Source of the DNA: a virus
Taxonomy: Duplodnaviria > Heunggongvirae > Uroviricota > Caudoviricetes
Strand: one strand, 5' to 3'
Virus record (IMG/VR): IMGVR_UViG_3300044728_000133
Length of the DNA stretch: 64,000 bases
Below are positions 1-13,273 of the stretch, one piece after another. Numbering within the stretch: position 1 is the stretch's first letter; each line of letters starts with the position of its first letter. The notes beneath the pieces were generated by a model. The model did not search any database. It was not told the origin of the DNA and was given only the letters and a program-made list of their open reading frames with translations. Position numbers and translations under genes: made by a program.

Positions 1-325
1 CCGCGAGATCGAAGCTCTTCGCCGCCTGCTCCTCATCCGTGTCGACGTGGGTGCAGTTGCCATTGATGACCACCCCGACCGTCCCCTCGCCCGTCCAGGC
101 AGCTCGCCGGGCAGTGATGACCGTCGTGCCGTAGACGTTGCCGACGGCCTCCAACAGGGCGGGGTGAGGATCGAAGCCGAAGAGGATACCCGGCTTGAAG
201 CGTCTCACCAGTGTCTGAATCGAATCCTCTACGCGGTTCCCCCGCGCATAGCTGCAGCAGCCGAGGTCGACAACGATGTCTGTCTCGAAGGAGCTGATCG
301 AGTGAACGGCGTGAGCGTTACTCAT
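1..325 (-). CDS. 3'-truncated CDS (start at 325, runs off window); possible SAM-dependent methyltransferase (FkbM-like)
   Basis: Hand translation of reverse strand from ATG(comp) at 323-325: MSNAHAVHSISSFETDIVVDLGCCSYARGN...; open to window edge; DLGxxxG-like motif; minus-strand orientation consistent with neighbours. Confidence 0.4.
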   Translation of the reverse strand, partial: MSNAHAVHSISSFETDIVVDLGCCSYARGNRVEDSIQTLVRRFKPGILFGFDPHPALLEAVGNVYGTTVITARRAAWTGEGTVGVVINGNCTHVDTDEEQAAKSFDLA

Positions 326-524
326 AGTTGCCCGCACCTTCGGCACCACGTCTTCCAGGTGAGGGGCGGTCCTGCGAAGTAGTTGTGCCCGTGCTTGGCA
401 CATGCCCGCCGACGGAAGAAACGCTCGAGCGGCCAGAACTTCACTTCAAACCACCTCCGCCTCGCTCCGAAGGGCGCCCGCGTGTAGCAGAACTCCTGCC
501 AAAAGATGCGATCCGTCAGATGTG

Positions 525-1154
525 TCACTTGTGCTTCACCCACGGGTGCTCGTCAAGGATCATGTGACACGGCTTGCAGATCTCGATGTAGTCGTCGAGG
601 TCACGGGAGCGCGCGCGCCCTTGTGCGATGTTCGCCCATTCGGTGTAGCGCTCAGCATGACAGCGAGAGCAGACGCCCGTCTTCGTCTTGTGCTTCGCCA
701 GCCAGATGTGGAGAGCTCGGTAGCCGACGTCTTCACCCTTCCAACGATGATGTCCTGCGCCCTGGGCGGGTTCGTGCTGACGCGCCCGTCCGAAGCAGCC
801 GCAACTGATCGTCTCCCCCGAGCGGAGACGTGTTGCACGGGCGACGATCTCATTCCCACAGTCACAGCGACAGCGCCATGCTGCGTTGCGTCCATCTAGG
901 CCCGCTCGCTCGAGGACGAGGAGGTTCCCGTACCGCTTACCCGTCTCGTCGGGCGTCTTGGCTGCCATGCGTCGGCTCGCCTTATCAGCGCTGTAGCACC
1001 CACAACTGATCTGTCTTCCGCTGAGCAAATTCTCGCGAGTGATGAGCCTGAGGTTGCCACAATCACATCGACAGAGCCACTTGCCTTCGACTCTTGCTAC
1101 GACGATGAGGATGCCGTAGCGATTGCCCGTCTCGTCAATGAACGGTCTCACCAT
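525..1154 (-). CDS. HNH homing endonuclease with duplicated CxCDCGN...SCGC zinc modules
   Basis: ORF track 209 aa; C-terminal CSRCHAE...CKPCHMILDEH HNH motif; two N-terminal Cys4 repeats. Confidence 0.75.
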   Translation of the reverse strand: MVRPFIDETGNRYGILIVVARVEGKWLCRCDCGNLRLITRENLLSGRQISCGCYSADKASRRMAAKTPDETGKRYGNLLVLERAGLDGRNAAWRCRCDCGNEIVARATRLRSGETISCGCFGRARQHEPAQGAGHHRWKGEDVGYRALHIWLAKHKTKTGVCSRCHAERYTEWANIAQGRARSRDLDDYIEICKPCHMILDEHPWVKHK

Positions 1155-1165
1155 GAAAAGACTCC

Positions 1166-1211
1166 TGCCTGTAGACGTTCGTCACCTCCACAGACAGGAG
1201 TCCTATCACAT
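1166..1211 (-). terminator. 13-bp inverted repeat hairpin followed by TTTT immediately 5' of the HNH start (read on minus strand); candidate intrinsic terminator of gene 1233..1625
   Basis: gactcctgcctgt...acagacaggagtc (12/13 complementary); minus-strand RNA has hairpin then UUUUC AUG. Confidence 0.35.
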
Positions 1212-1232
1212 ATCGGAACTTCCTACTGGCTA

Positions 1233-1625
1233 CTAAGAATAAATGTAACCTCCGATAGTTAGCATTACGATGCTACCCGTCGCCGTGTCGCACTTGTAGC
1301 CGAGCCACGACAACGTCGTCGCCGGCACCACCCACCAGCCGTTGAAGATGGCAGGAACGAGTGCCGTCAGGGCGTAGGCATCGAACAGCCTCGTCTGCGC
1401 CGCGTCCGCGGTTGCGGTCGTGACGGTAAACGAGTGCGCCGCCGCCGATGTCTGCGCGTGGATCGTGCGCAGGACGCCCGTGTTCGCCGTCGTCGACGTC
1501 TGGTACGCCGCCGTCGACGTCAGTGACGTCATCGCCGGAACGAGCGCTGCCGGGTTATACGCCGCGTAGTGCATCTGCGGCTTCCCGACCAAGCCCTCAC
1601 CACCGATCATTCCGAATCCCCTCAT
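1233..1625 (-). CDS. hypothetical protein (tail-fiber region); AT-rich C-terminal codons
   Basis: ORF track 130 aa, minus strand, abuts glycosyltransferase gene; last ~12 codons unusually AT-rich for this genome. Confidence 0.5.
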   Translation of the reverse strand: MRGFGMIGGEGLVGKPQMHYAAYNPAALVPAMTSLTSTAAYQTSTTANTGVLRTIHAQTSAAAHSFTVTTATADAAQTRLFDAYALTALVPAIFNGWWVVPATTLSWLGYKCDTATGSIVMLTIGGYIYS

Positions 1626-1627
1626 AG

Positions 1628-2338
1628 CTATTTCACCTCCTCCATCAGTTCGCGGTTCAGTTCCTTCAGCTCGTCATCGAGCTCGACGAGATTGATGTCC
1701 TCGCCGATCGCGTTGCGGATCGACCCGTGCGGGTAGACCACCATCGTCTTGTGGTGGCCCGGGTTGCACTCGGGGACGAGGATGGGCGTGAAGCCAGCCT
1801 CACGCGCTCGCCACGAGAAGGACAGATCCTCCCCCGTGGAGCGCTCCTCGTTGACCGGCCAGAACGCGCCCGGCCCGATTGCCTCGAACACGTCGCGGTG
1901 GACAAGCGTGAAGCCCATGCCGACGACACCGACCTCGATCGGCTTCTCCGGAAGAGAGACGAGGTTGTGGTAGACCATCGGCTCGTCGTCGTTCCAGACA
2001 CCGACCACCTGGAACCCATTCTCGAGGACATACGTTCCGGCATACACGCCGGGCCCGCGCTTCGCAGCTTCGTCGTACAGCGCAAAGACGTCGCCCGGCG
2101 TGAAGACCATGTCGTTGTCGACGGAGAGCAACCACTCGCGCCCCGTTTCCATGAACTGCTCCTGCATCTGGTTGCGGTTCGCGTGGATGTAGGGGCCGAA
2201 GCAGAGGAGCCAGTCGGCGTTGAACCTGTTGTTGACGTCGTTCTTGAAGAGGTTCAGCACCGAGTGCATGAACCAGAAGTTCACGCTCGAGCCCGTGATG
2301 AAGCCGAGGATCGAGTCGGGCTGGGTGGGTTGATTCAT
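1628..2338 (-). CDS. glycosyltransferase (GT-A fold, DxD-type)
   Basis: 236 aa; SVDNDMVF DxD-like motif, nucleotide-sugar transferase-like composition; adjacent to tail fiber genes as in actinophage virion-glycosylation genes. Confidence 0.55.
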   Translation of the reverse strand: MNQPTQPDSILGFITGSSVNFWFMHSVLNLFKNDVNNRFNADWLLCFGPYIHANRNQMQEQFMETGREWLLSVDNDMVFTPGDVFALYDEAAKRGPGVYAGTYVLENGFQVVGVWNDDEPMVYHNLVSLPEKPIEVGVVGMGFTLVHRDVFEAIGPGAFWPVNEERSTGEDLSFSWRAREAGFTPILVPECNPGHHKTMVVYPHGSIRNAIGEDINLVELDDELKELNRELMEEVK

Positions 2339-2366
2339 GGCCGCAGCTTATGAGGGAACTCGGACA

Positions 2367-3086
2367 TCAGGAGACCCAGGACAGGGACTGGAGGCGTCCC
2401 TGCGGTGGCTGGTATGCACTTCCGATCGGCCCCGGATAGCCCGTGTCGTTGATCTCGATGTCGTCCAACCAGAAGTTGAAGCCGTTAGCCGCGAGGTTGT
2501 TTCCGAACTGGGCGTAGGCGAAGTCGGTACTCGTATTCTCAGCGCTGGCAAGGATCGTCTCAGCGGGAGTCGTTGAATCAGCCCCGTTGAACAGTTTGAC
2601 CTCGATGACCCCCACCGTCGGCGATGCGACTGCTCTGAACTCGACACGCACGACTCGATTGAGCGCAACGTCCACAACACCGATGCCCTCGTTCACGACA
2701 TAGGCTGAGTCAATCAACACGATCTTGCCAGGGACAGACGGAGTAAGCCCTACGGCGCAAGCAAGGCCACCGACGTTGCTCAGGAAACGAACAAAGTCGG
2801 TCGCTCCACCTGGATATGCCGTCATATAGAGATAGATGCGCCCGTAAACCGTGGTAACCGGAGACGGAAACCCAGTTCCGCTGTCCCAGCGCATCCAGGT
2901 AGCGTTGGCCGCGCCTGTTGTGAGCTTCCCGCCGAGGACTCCGTGAGCCGGATGGGTATTGTCGTAGGTGAGCGTGCAGGAGGCACCGATAGAGATGCTG
3001 TCCCACTTGGTGGCGGATGCTTCTCCAACTCCAGTCGTGATGGTGTTGCCGTTTACCCCAGCCTCGAAGGTTGCCGTCGCCTGCAC
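2367..3086 (-). CDS. hypothetical structural/minor tail protein
   Basis: 239 aa ORF in tail-fiber gene block; Gly/Thr/Asn-rich. Confidence 0.5.
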   Translation of the reverse strand: MQATATFEAGVNGNTITTGVGEASATKWDSISIGASCTLTYDNTHPAHGVLGGKLTTGAANATWMRWDSGTGFPSPVTTVYGRIYLYMTAYPGGATDFVRFLSNVGGLACAVGLTPSVPGKIVLIDSAYVVNEGIGVVDVALNRVVRVEFRAVASPTVGVIEVKLFNGADSTTPAETILASAENTSTDFAYAQFGNNLAANGFNFWLDDIEINDTGYPGPIGSAYQPPQGRLQSLSWVS

Positions 3087-4606
3087 TACTTCACCAAGAT
3101 GAGGCCGTCGGTGGCAGGAATCGTTACCGAGGTCACAGTCTGCCCGTTGTTCACCGAGGGATCCTGCGTACCAGTGAGACGCCGGAAGGTGCCACCCAGG
3201 CTCACCGTCTGCGAGGACCTAGTGGAGTTGTTGAGCGCGACTCCGTTCGCGAAGTAACGCCGCCAGACGCCGCTTGCGAGCTTGACGGCTGGCCCCGAGG
3301 GCGTCCCGAGGTAGCCACGCTGATTGATCGTTCCACCCCAGAACTCGTCGTACCACTGAGACAGGTTGCTCGGCGCGTAGTACATGCCTGACATGAGCGA
3401 AAGCGTCAGGCTCCAGCGCATGCGAGCTAACGAGCTCCCTCCGTTCCAGTCCCAGAAGGCGTTGTAGCGCGCCATCCCCTTCGGATCTGCGTACTCAAGA
3501 CACGAACGCGTCCATGCAATGAAGGAATCAGCGCTCGCTTGCGAGATCGCTCCCCAATGCCCCTCGAAGCCTTCATGCAGATTGGCGTTTGCCATCTTGA
3601 GATAGCCCTGCGGATCGCTGCCCGAGAAACCAGTTCGGTACCACTGAATCCATGCGCCGTTTCCACCGACGGACTTGGCAGGCAGCGAATCACGTAGGTA
3701 GCTCATCACATGCACGAGGCCGTCCGTCCACGCGGTCGAGCCCTGCGCGTAGGCGTTATCTGACCACACTCCGTCCCACCCGTTCGCGTACACCTTGTCC
3801 ACCTTGGCGGCGTACAACATGAGACGCCCCACGAGGTCGCTGGCGTTCGCGAGGTTGAAGGTGTAGGTGACCTCCTGCGGAGCGCAGGACTGGGTTCCCA
3901 TGTCATCGGAACCACGTACCCAGGCTCGCATCGTGCCCGCGTTGGCAGCTTGGCCGTCACTCAAGTTGTCTGTGCCACCCGGCCAAGCCAGGACCGAATA
4001 CTGCTCCTGTTTGCCAGGAAAGAGAGAGTTCGAGAGTGACTGGAAGGCGTAGCCGATGTTCGAGCACGTCCACGCGTCTGGGCCCGTGCCCGGTGGGTAG
4101 AACTGAGACTGGTTGTAGGCAGGATTGTCGAGCCGCACGTAGGTCATCGCAAAGCCCGTCGGATTCCGCTGGTGGTAGAGCTGGACGTTCTGGAAGGCGA
4201 AGCCAACGACCCAGTCGTACTTCCACAAATCCGAGATATCTACAAGCCGATTGATCTGGTACGTGCGCGGCCAACCCAAACTGGTAGTAGGAGGAGGCGG
4301 CGGCGGGGAAGGATCTTGAGCATCCTCGAGCGCTTGCACTCGAGCAAGCACACCGTTCATGTCTGACAGCAGGCCGTTGATCTTCGCCTCCTGACTCTGA
4401 TTCGCAGAGAGTAGACCTTGAATGGCAGTCTCCTGACTCTGCGTCGCAGCCGCCTGCGCTTGGGCATATGCCTTGATCTTCGCCGAGGAGTTCTGGATTG
4501 CCGCGGCAAGATTGTCGAGGTTCGAGACATCGGTCATTGGCCCTCCTTGCGCGGCAGTTGAAAGAAATAGGACCCCAAAAGCCACGATGACGGCGGCGCG
4601 CTTCAT
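3086..4606 (-). CDS. secreted/membrane-anchored protein: signal peptide, coiled coil, poly-Pro linker, large C-terminal domain (possible glycoside hydrolase/depolymerase)
   Basis: 506 aa; N-terminal MKRAAVIVAFGVLFLSTAAQG signal-like segment; heptad-like Q/A-rich region; PPPPPPP linker; W/Y/G-rich C-terminal domain. Confidence 0.55.
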   Translation of the reverse strand: MKRAAVIVAFGVLFLSTAAQGGPMTDVSNLDNLAAAIQNSSAKIKAYAQAQAAATQSQETAIQGLLSANQSQEAKINGLLSDMNGVLARVQALEDAQDPSPPPPPPTTSLGWPRTYQINRLVDISDLWKYDWVVGFAFQNVQLYHQRNPTGFAMTYVRLDNPAYNQSQFYPPGTGPDAWTCSNIGYAFQSLSNSLFPGKQEQYSVLAWPGGTDNLSDGQAANAGTMRAWVRGSDDMGTQSCAPQEVTYTFNLANASDLVGRLMLYAAKVDKVYANGWDGVWSDNAYAQGSTAWTDGLVHVMSYLRDSLPAKSVGGNGAWIQWYRTGFSGSDPQGYLKMANANLHEGFEGHWGAISQASADSFIAWTRSCLEYADPKGMARYNAFWDWNGGSSLARMRWSLTLSLMSGMYYAPSNLSQWYDEFWGGTINQRGYLGTPSGPAVKLASGVWRRYFANGVALNNSTRSSQTVSLGGTFRRLTGTQDPSVNNGQTVTSVTIPATDGLILVK

Positions 4607-5887
4607 CTACGCCCCGATGACAATTCCGGCGGCTGCGACCTTCGCCAGCCACTCCTGCCACACGGTGTCCTCCATCGCCTTGTTGACCGGGCGGATGATC
4701 TGCGTGTTGCGGATGTCGTTGCCGTTGCCGGGATTGCCGAGCCAGGCGGAAGCATCCGAGCCGTTCTCCTTGAGCGCCCCGATGGAGTTGCCATCGGCGA
4801 CGTTGTTGGTGAACGAGCCGGCGTTGCTCGAGGCGAAAATCTGAATCCCGAGGTTCCCAGAAATCTGCGGAATCCAGACTCCGGCATCCGTGCGTCCGTC
4901 GTTGACGCCCTTGTTGTTGATGATCCTGCTGCCGGAGCCACCGAGAATGCCGAAGCAGTAGTTGAGCGCGCCGACCACGATGTTCCGCTCGACCAGCGTG
5001 TCTCCTCCGCCGTAGTCACCGGCCATGATCCCGCCACCCGAGTAGTTGCCCGTGAAGCCAGGGGTCGGGTATGCGCCGCGGATGCCGTTGTCGTAGACGT
5101 GGCCCTTGCCCGTCTTGTAGAACGAGATCACGTCCTCGCACCATGACTCGCCGTAGCGGTTCTCAAACTGGTTCCAGCCGACCTCGCAGACCGAGTGGCG
5201 GTGAGCTGAGTCCGCGAACTGGATCGCGTGTGTCCAGCCCCATCCGTTGCCGTCAGTCGGTGCGTGGCGCTGCATGTTCAGGAACTTGTTTTGCAGGATG
5301 CGTGCGGTCGCGCCGTCCTGGCAGGAGTTGAGCCGCAAGCCCCAGGTCTTCTCGACCTCGCAGTTCTGGACGTGGAGATAGCGGTAGCCCGAAGCGACGA
5401 TGGCCTGCCCGAAACCTCCGACGAACTTCGTCCTCTCGACCGTGAGGTGAGCGCCGGGATGGATCGCGTCGATGAGATAGGCCGCGCCGCGATTGCCCGA
5501 CACGGGTGTCGTGGTATTCGTGATGGCCGAGTCCCGGATCGTGACCGGCTGATCCGTGCGAATCTGGACGGAGCCCGTGCGCGTGCCCGAGTAGATGCCG
5601 CCTGCGCTGATGATCGCCGGGAGGTCGCCTGCCGGAGGATCGGGTGGATCGGTCGGGGTCGGGTAAATCACCGACTCCAGCGGAGCTACCACGTCCATCT
5701 TCTGGATCCCGTACGAGTGCTGGTTGGCGTCAGCCTTGTGGAACGTCGTCTCACTAGTCGCGGGCTTGAACGTCCGAGCCACTGCCTTGCCGTCGACGTA
5801 GAAACGGTAGCCCTGGCCCGATAGGTCGGGCGTCCACTCCATGAGCAGATCCTCGCCCTTCGGCGTGAGCTTGGGATTGAGACTCAC
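4607..5887 (-). CDS. tailspike/tail fiber protein with right-handed beta-helix (pectate-lyase-like) domain
   Basis: 426 aa; repetitive N/G/I-x-x-N beta-helix-like repeats (IRDSAITNTTT, GAAYLIDAIHPGAHL, IINNKGVNDG). Confidence 0.55.
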   Translation of the reverse strand: MSLNPKLTPKGEDLLMEWTPDLSGQGYRFYVDGKAVARTFKPATSETTFHKADANQHSYGIQKMDVVAPLESVIYPTPTDPPDPPAGDLPAIISAGGIYSGTRTGSVQIRTDQPVTIRDSAITNTTTPVSGNRGAAYLIDAIHPGAHLTVERTKFVGGFGQAIVASGYRYLHVQNCEVEKTWGLRLNSCQDGATARILQNKFLNMQRHAPTDGNGWGWTHAIQFADSAHRHSVCEVGWNQFENRYGESWCEDVISFYKTGKGHVYDNGIRGAYPTPGFTGNYSGGGIMAGDYGGGDTLVERNIVVGALNYCFGILGGSGSRIINNKGVNDGRTDAGVWIPQISGNLGIQIFASSNAGSFTNNVADGNSIGALKENGSDASAWLGNPGNGNDIRNTQIIRPVNKAMEDTVWQEWLAKVAAAGIVIGA

Positions 5888-5936
5888 CTGGCTCCCCCTT
5901 CTTCGGTCATCGGATTCAGGCTATAGCGCCGTTCGG

Positions 5937-7331
5937 TCATGGCCGTGCGAGCATCCGCTTCTTCGATAGCTTGGAGAAGCCAAAGCGCGGCGAGGCGGCC
6001 CCCGCCTGATAGTGAGCGAGGACGCGGACAGGGGAGAGCGCCGATAGGTACACCGCCAGCTCGTCGAGCCGTCCGTCGGGATAGTTCGGTGCGCCGACTC
6101 CAAACCCGGTACGCACGCCCTGAACAATCGCGGCGATATTCCCCGCCGACGCGGTCGGCCCACCGCGCAGGACGCCGTCAACGTAGAGCCGTATGTTCAC
6201 TCCGTCGTAGGTGCCGACAATGTGGTACGTCCTGCCGGTTATCGGGGAGGGCTTATACGCGGCCACCGCCTCGACTCCCGCCGCGTGGCGATAGAATTGG
6301 AAGCCCAAGGTCGTCTCGGCGCTAAGGCTCCACCCGTTCGTGTTGTCGTCGTGATCAAGGATGCGCCGGAAGCCCGTGTCCACCGTGTCGAGATTGACCC
6401 ATGCCTCAATCGAGTAGCTGGCCGTGTTTACCATGTCGAAGTCGGCGTGGTCAGCGGCTTCGTAGTAGTTGTTCTGATCGCCGGGAAAGTCCCGAGACGG
6501 GCTAGGGTCAGTCGGCAGAAGACCGGGAGTCTCGGTAAGCGTCCCCGTTTTTGTGAACTGGTGACCGTTCCCAGAGGAGTCTTCAACGTCATTCCCGCCC
6601 GAACCCAGCCGCCACCACGCAATAGGTGAGTCGGCGATTACCGCGACGGCGTATTGACTCGTTGCGCGAAAGCAGTCAGGACTAGGGACAGGCGATGCGG
6701 CGAAGACAGCCCCGTTCACGGTTGCGTTCGATCCGACCACCGACAACTCTGGCGAGGCCAGGCCGCACACCGGGCAGTAGAACAGGAGGTTGCTGCGGTT
6801 GACGCTCCCGGGCAGAGACCCCGCGTGTAGAAGGGCCAAGTCCCCCGCGGATAGCTCGCCGCTCCAGATCGCGACCTCCGCCATCCTTCCTGCTCCGAAC
6901 AGGGAGGCGTTGTTGCGAGACATGACGTTCAGGGTGGAGTTGTCGAAGTTGTTGCTCAACGTCGCAGTATGAGAGTCAACCGAGAGCGACTGGCTAACTC
7001 CATCCACCCATGCTTTATTCACCTTGGCCGTGCGGTCGAAGACAAACGTGTATAGATGCCAGGCCGCAGCGCTCGGGCGAGTGAAGCTGTCAGTCCAGAA
7101 GGTGCCGCCAGCAGGCCCACCCATTCCGCAGACAAAAACTCCTGTCGCGTTGGGCTGAACACCAAAGCCATTGAAACCAGCACCGAGGTCTGGGGTGAAC
7201 TCCAGAGCCAAATCTCCGTCGCTCGCGTATGCGTCCCAGTACAGACGCATGGTTACGGTCACAATGGCCGTGGAGGAAAGATCAACCGTTGCCTCTAGGG
7301 AATCGTTGATGCCGTCAAAGAGGCGAGCCAT
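5937..7331 (-). CDS. tandem LamG/concanavalin-A-like lectin domain protein (putative receptor-binding protein)
   Basis: 464 aa; two homologous halves each ending with a shared LamG-like motif (MAEVAIWSGELSAGDLALLHAGSLP / LDELAVYLSALSPVRVLAHYQAGAASP). Confidence 0.6.
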   Translation of the reverse strand: MARLFDGINDSLEATVDLSSTAIVTVTMRLYWDAYASDGDLALEFTPDLGAGFNGFGVQPNATGVFVCGMGGPAGGTFWTDSFTRPSAAAWHLYTFVFDRTAKVNKAWVDGVSQSLSVDSHTATLSNNFDNSTLNVMSRNNASLFGAGRMAEVAIWSGELSAGDLALLHAGSLPGSVNRSNLLFYCPVCGLASPELSVVGSNATVNGAVFAASPVPSPDCFRATSQYAVAVIADSPIAWWRLGSGGNDVEDSSGNGHQFTKTGTLTETPGLLPTDPSPSRDFPGDQNNYYEAADHADFDMVNTASYSIEAWVNLDTVDTGFRRILDHDDNTNGWSLSAETTLGFQFYRHAAGVEAVAAYKPSPITGRTYHIVGTYDGVNIRLYVDGVLRGGPTASAGNIAAIVQGVRTGFGVGAPNYPDGRLDELAVYLSALSPVRVLAHYQAGAASPRFGFSKLSKKRMLARP

Positions 7332-7335
7332 CGGC

Positions 7336-9300
7336 TTAGAAAAATGTGGTCACGACCACACAGCCGTGGCCTCCGCGTCCGCCCTGCGTACCCGCGTTGT
7401 TGCCTCCGCCTCCTCCGCCGCCACCGCCTGGGAAACCGCCAGCGCCACCGGGTGCCGTCGTGGAGTCGCCGCCGCAGCCGCCCGAGCCGCCGAAGGGCAG
7501 GAGCGTCGAGTCGACACCCACAGCACCGACCGCGTATGCCGTCGAGGCAGCGCCGCCACCTGCGGGATGCGGTGAGCCTGCGGCCTGGACAGTGCGTCCT
7601 CCTGCTCCGCCGCCAGCCCCGCGTAGCGAGTAGCCGTTGTTGACGTTCGTGATCGCAGCGTCCGTGTCTCCGCCGGACTCGCCGCCGCCGCCACCCCATT
7701 CCCCAGGAGAACCTCCGACCGGAGCCGTGGTTCCCGAGCCGCCGCGACCACCAGTGGCCTGGTTCATCACGGGGATGCTGTTCGCTGCGGGGAGTGCGCT
7801 CAAGTCTGCGCGGGTCGTATTCACTGCTGGTGCGACGACACCACGGCCAGCGCCGCTGCCTCCGTTACCGCCGTCAGCAGATGCTGCAGCCGTGGCGGCT
7901 GCGCCAACGATTCGGTAGGTCGACGTGAGCGGGCCAGAGCCACCCTTGTTGAACTCGGAGAGAACCCCGACGTTACCGGCCTGGTCGACGGCCGCGGTCG
8001 TCGCTGCTCCGCCCTTGCCTGCGTGCAGGGTAATCGTGGCAGCGAGCGCGTCCGGGTCGTACCAAGCCTCGTCGTAGCCGCCTCCGCCGCCGCCGCCGCC
8101 ACCAGCAGCCGTCGTGACCGTGTGGCCCGAGGATCCGGATCCACCGCCGTCGCAAAGCTGAACGAGGACTCTGTTGGCAGCCGCGGGCTTGACCCAGGTG
8201 TCGTCGGTGTCCTGCGGGGATCCGATGAATACCTCGACGCGAGCTGGCCGCGTAGAGAAGCTGTTGTTGTTGATGTCGGCCGGGATCCAGCCGATGCGCG
8301 AGCAGAGATCAACCGTCGTGGATGCCCAGGTGAGGGTCGTCGCAGCAATCGAACCCGCGACGTACTTGATGCCTGTCATCACGACGATGCCGCCACCCGT
8401 ACCGTCCGTCGTCGCGTCGTCGAACTGCTCTGTGAGTGAGGCCAGGTCAGCGTTCACCTGGGCGGAAGCCTGAGCAGTGGCGGAGTCGACCGCGTGCGCG
8501 AAGATGTCCATGATGAGCATGTTGTCCACCGACGTGACGCCCTTCGGAGACGTGCCCGTGGTCGAGGTCGCGAACTTGAAGGTGTTACCGAGGAACTGGA
8601 ACGGGTCACCCACGGTCGGGCAGCCCCGGATCGCGAGCATGACGCCGTAGGTGTGATCCCCGGAGTCGGCGATTGTCGGAGCGACCTCTGCCCCGTTGTC
8701 GCGCTTCCAGAAGATCCCCATGCGCGTCGAGCCAGCGGTGACGGCGGTGCCAATGCCGTTCTGCGGCCCGAGTTGCGTGTACCCAGTCGGAGTCGCAATC
8801 GACTCGTTCGACGACTGGAGCACGAGCACGAGGATGTCGTTGACGACGTGCCCTGTCGGCAGCACCGCTGTCGGAACACCCGTCGAGGTGAACTCCGCGC
8901 TGGCAGCGACGAACACCGGCAGCGTCGGGATACGGTCGCGATCGGTGGTGACGACAAACCAACCGATGCCTTCCTGGTACTCCAGCACTTCGCCCGCGAG
9001 CAGCGTCACCTTGAAGAGTTGGGTGTCGGTGCCGTTCTTGTCGAAGATCACGGTGACGGTGCACGAGAGCGACCCGTCCTTGTTGGCGATGTTGATGTGC
9101 TTGACGACGCGCTGCGTCGAGGCTCCCGGCGTAGCGACGATGTCGGTTGTGGTCGCGGTCGTGATGTTCGTGTTCGTGTTCCCCGGCGTGACCGAGGTGC
9201 CCGGGATGTCGTCGACCCAGGAAGCGTGGACGTCAATCGTGACCGCCTGGTCCGTTGTGAGCTGGAGCTTGTCGGTACCCGAGTTGGTCAGAATCAACAT
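7336..9300 (-). CDS. minor tail protein with glycine-rich C-terminal domain
   Basis: 654 aa; long poly-Gly tracts (GGGGGGGGGY, GGGGGGGGGNNAG) typical of actinophage minor tail proteins. Confidence 0.65.
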   Translation of the reverse strand: MLILTNSGTDKLQLTTDQAVTIDVHASWVDDIPGTSVTPGNTNTNITTATTTDIVATPGASTQRVVKHINIANKDGSLSCTVTVIFDKNGTDTQLFKVTLLAGEVLEYQEGIGWFVVTTDRDRIPTLPVFVAASAEFTSTGVPTAVLPTGHVVNDILVLVLQSSNESIATPTGYTQLGPQNGIGTAVTAGSTRMGIFWKRDNGAEVAPTIADSGDHTYGVMLAIRGCPTVGDPFQFLGNTFKFATSTTGTSPKGVTSVDNMLIMDIFAHAVDSATAQASAQVNADLASLTEQFDDATTDGTGGGIVVMTGIKYVAGSIAATTLTWASTTVDLCSRIGWIPADINNNSFSTRPARVEVFIGSPQDTDDTWVKPAAANRVLVQLCDGGGSGSSGHTVTTAAGGGGGGGGGYDEAWYDPDALAATITLHAGKGGAATTAAVDQAGNVGVLSEFNKGGSGPLTSTYRIVGAAATAAASADGGNGGSGAGRGVVAPAVNTTRADLSALPAANSIPVMNQATGGRGGSGTTAPVGGSPGEWGGGGGESGGDTDAAITNVNNGYSLRGAGGGAGGRTVQAAGSPHPAGGGAASTAYAVGAVGVDSTLLPFGGSGGCGGDSTTAPGGAGGFPGGGGGGGGGNNAGTQGGRGGHGCVVVTTFF

Positions 9301-9334
9301 GTCGCGCCTCGCAGTCTAGGAGAGTTCTCGGCCA

Positions 9335-12352
<3,018 letters not shown>

Positions 12353-12420
12353 GTGGTCCCCCGCGGCTCGGCACCGCCCTCACTCGCGAGGGCAGTGCCG
12401 CGACTACCCCGCAACCTCCA

Positions 12421-13248
12421 TCACAGCGACCAGTCGATTCGGATACCGACCTGCAATGAGGTATCCCACTCGACAAGCACTGCACGCTCTGCCCTGAAGG
12501 AGGCGAGGTTGATAGAACGATCAACAGCCTGGGCGACCTCGATGCGCTCGAGTTCGGCCAGGAACGCCTTGACTGGGCCGGTGGCAAAGACCCAGTCAAC
12601 GGTCGTAGCCGGTGAGGGCTCCGACACGGGGTCCGTACCGATATAGCCGCCCCCCGCGGCTACCGGTGTACCGTTCGCAGTCACTAGCTGGACTGCGTCC
12701 GTCTGTGGATCCCCGAACCATTCGGCGACAACCGCCGGTGTGGCATGAATCAAGCCTTTGCGGCCAGTCGCACCGATCGCGTTCTCCAGATACCTGAGAC
12801 CAACCTTGGGCGCGACAGGGCTCCCTGCCAGCGCTACTAGGTTGCCGTCCCCGAGATACGCGTTCGTCGAAAGCGTGACGCCCTGAGCCAGGGCCATCTC
12901 GACCCCGAACGAGAGCGTGGCCTCCAGAAGTCTGTCCGCTCTGTCTCGGATCCGCTCGGGATTGGCCATCCCGTGCGTTGAGCAAGAGAGCGGGTAGTAG
13001 ACGACGATCGGATCGAAGCGAGGCTTCGGACCTTCGTCTCCATCGTCCTTGACCCTGAAGGTGCCTGTTGCGCAGGGCTCCCAGAGAGAGGGTGCGTGAT
13101 CGGCGTAGCCGTCGACCACGACTCCATTCTCCCAGCGGCCCTCCCCTTCCTCGGCGACCCCCGGAATGGTCAGAAGACCATGCTTGGGAGCGACGGGAAG
13201 GGGGCCATCAACCGATCCTGCGGGTCCTACCCCGGTGAAGGTGGTCAT
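12421..13248 (-). CDS. hypothetical virion structural protein
   Basis: 275 aa ORF between capsid and fiber genes. Confidence 0.5.
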   Translation of the reverse strand: MTTFTGVGPAGSVDGPLPVAPKHGLLTIPGVAEEGEGRWENGVVVDGYADHAPSLWEPCATGTFRVKDDGDEGPKPRFDPIVVYYPLSCSTHGMANPERIRDRADRLLEATLSFGVEMALAQGVTLSTNAYLGDGNLVALAGSPVAPKVGLRYLENAIGATGRKGLIHATPAVVAEWFGDPQTDAVQLVTANGTPVAAGGGYIGTDPVSEPSPATTVDWVFATGPVKAFLAELERIEVAQAVDRSINLASFRAERAVLVEWDTSLQVGIRIDWSL

Positions 13249-13273
13249 GTGGCCCCCTTACCTCGTCCGATGC

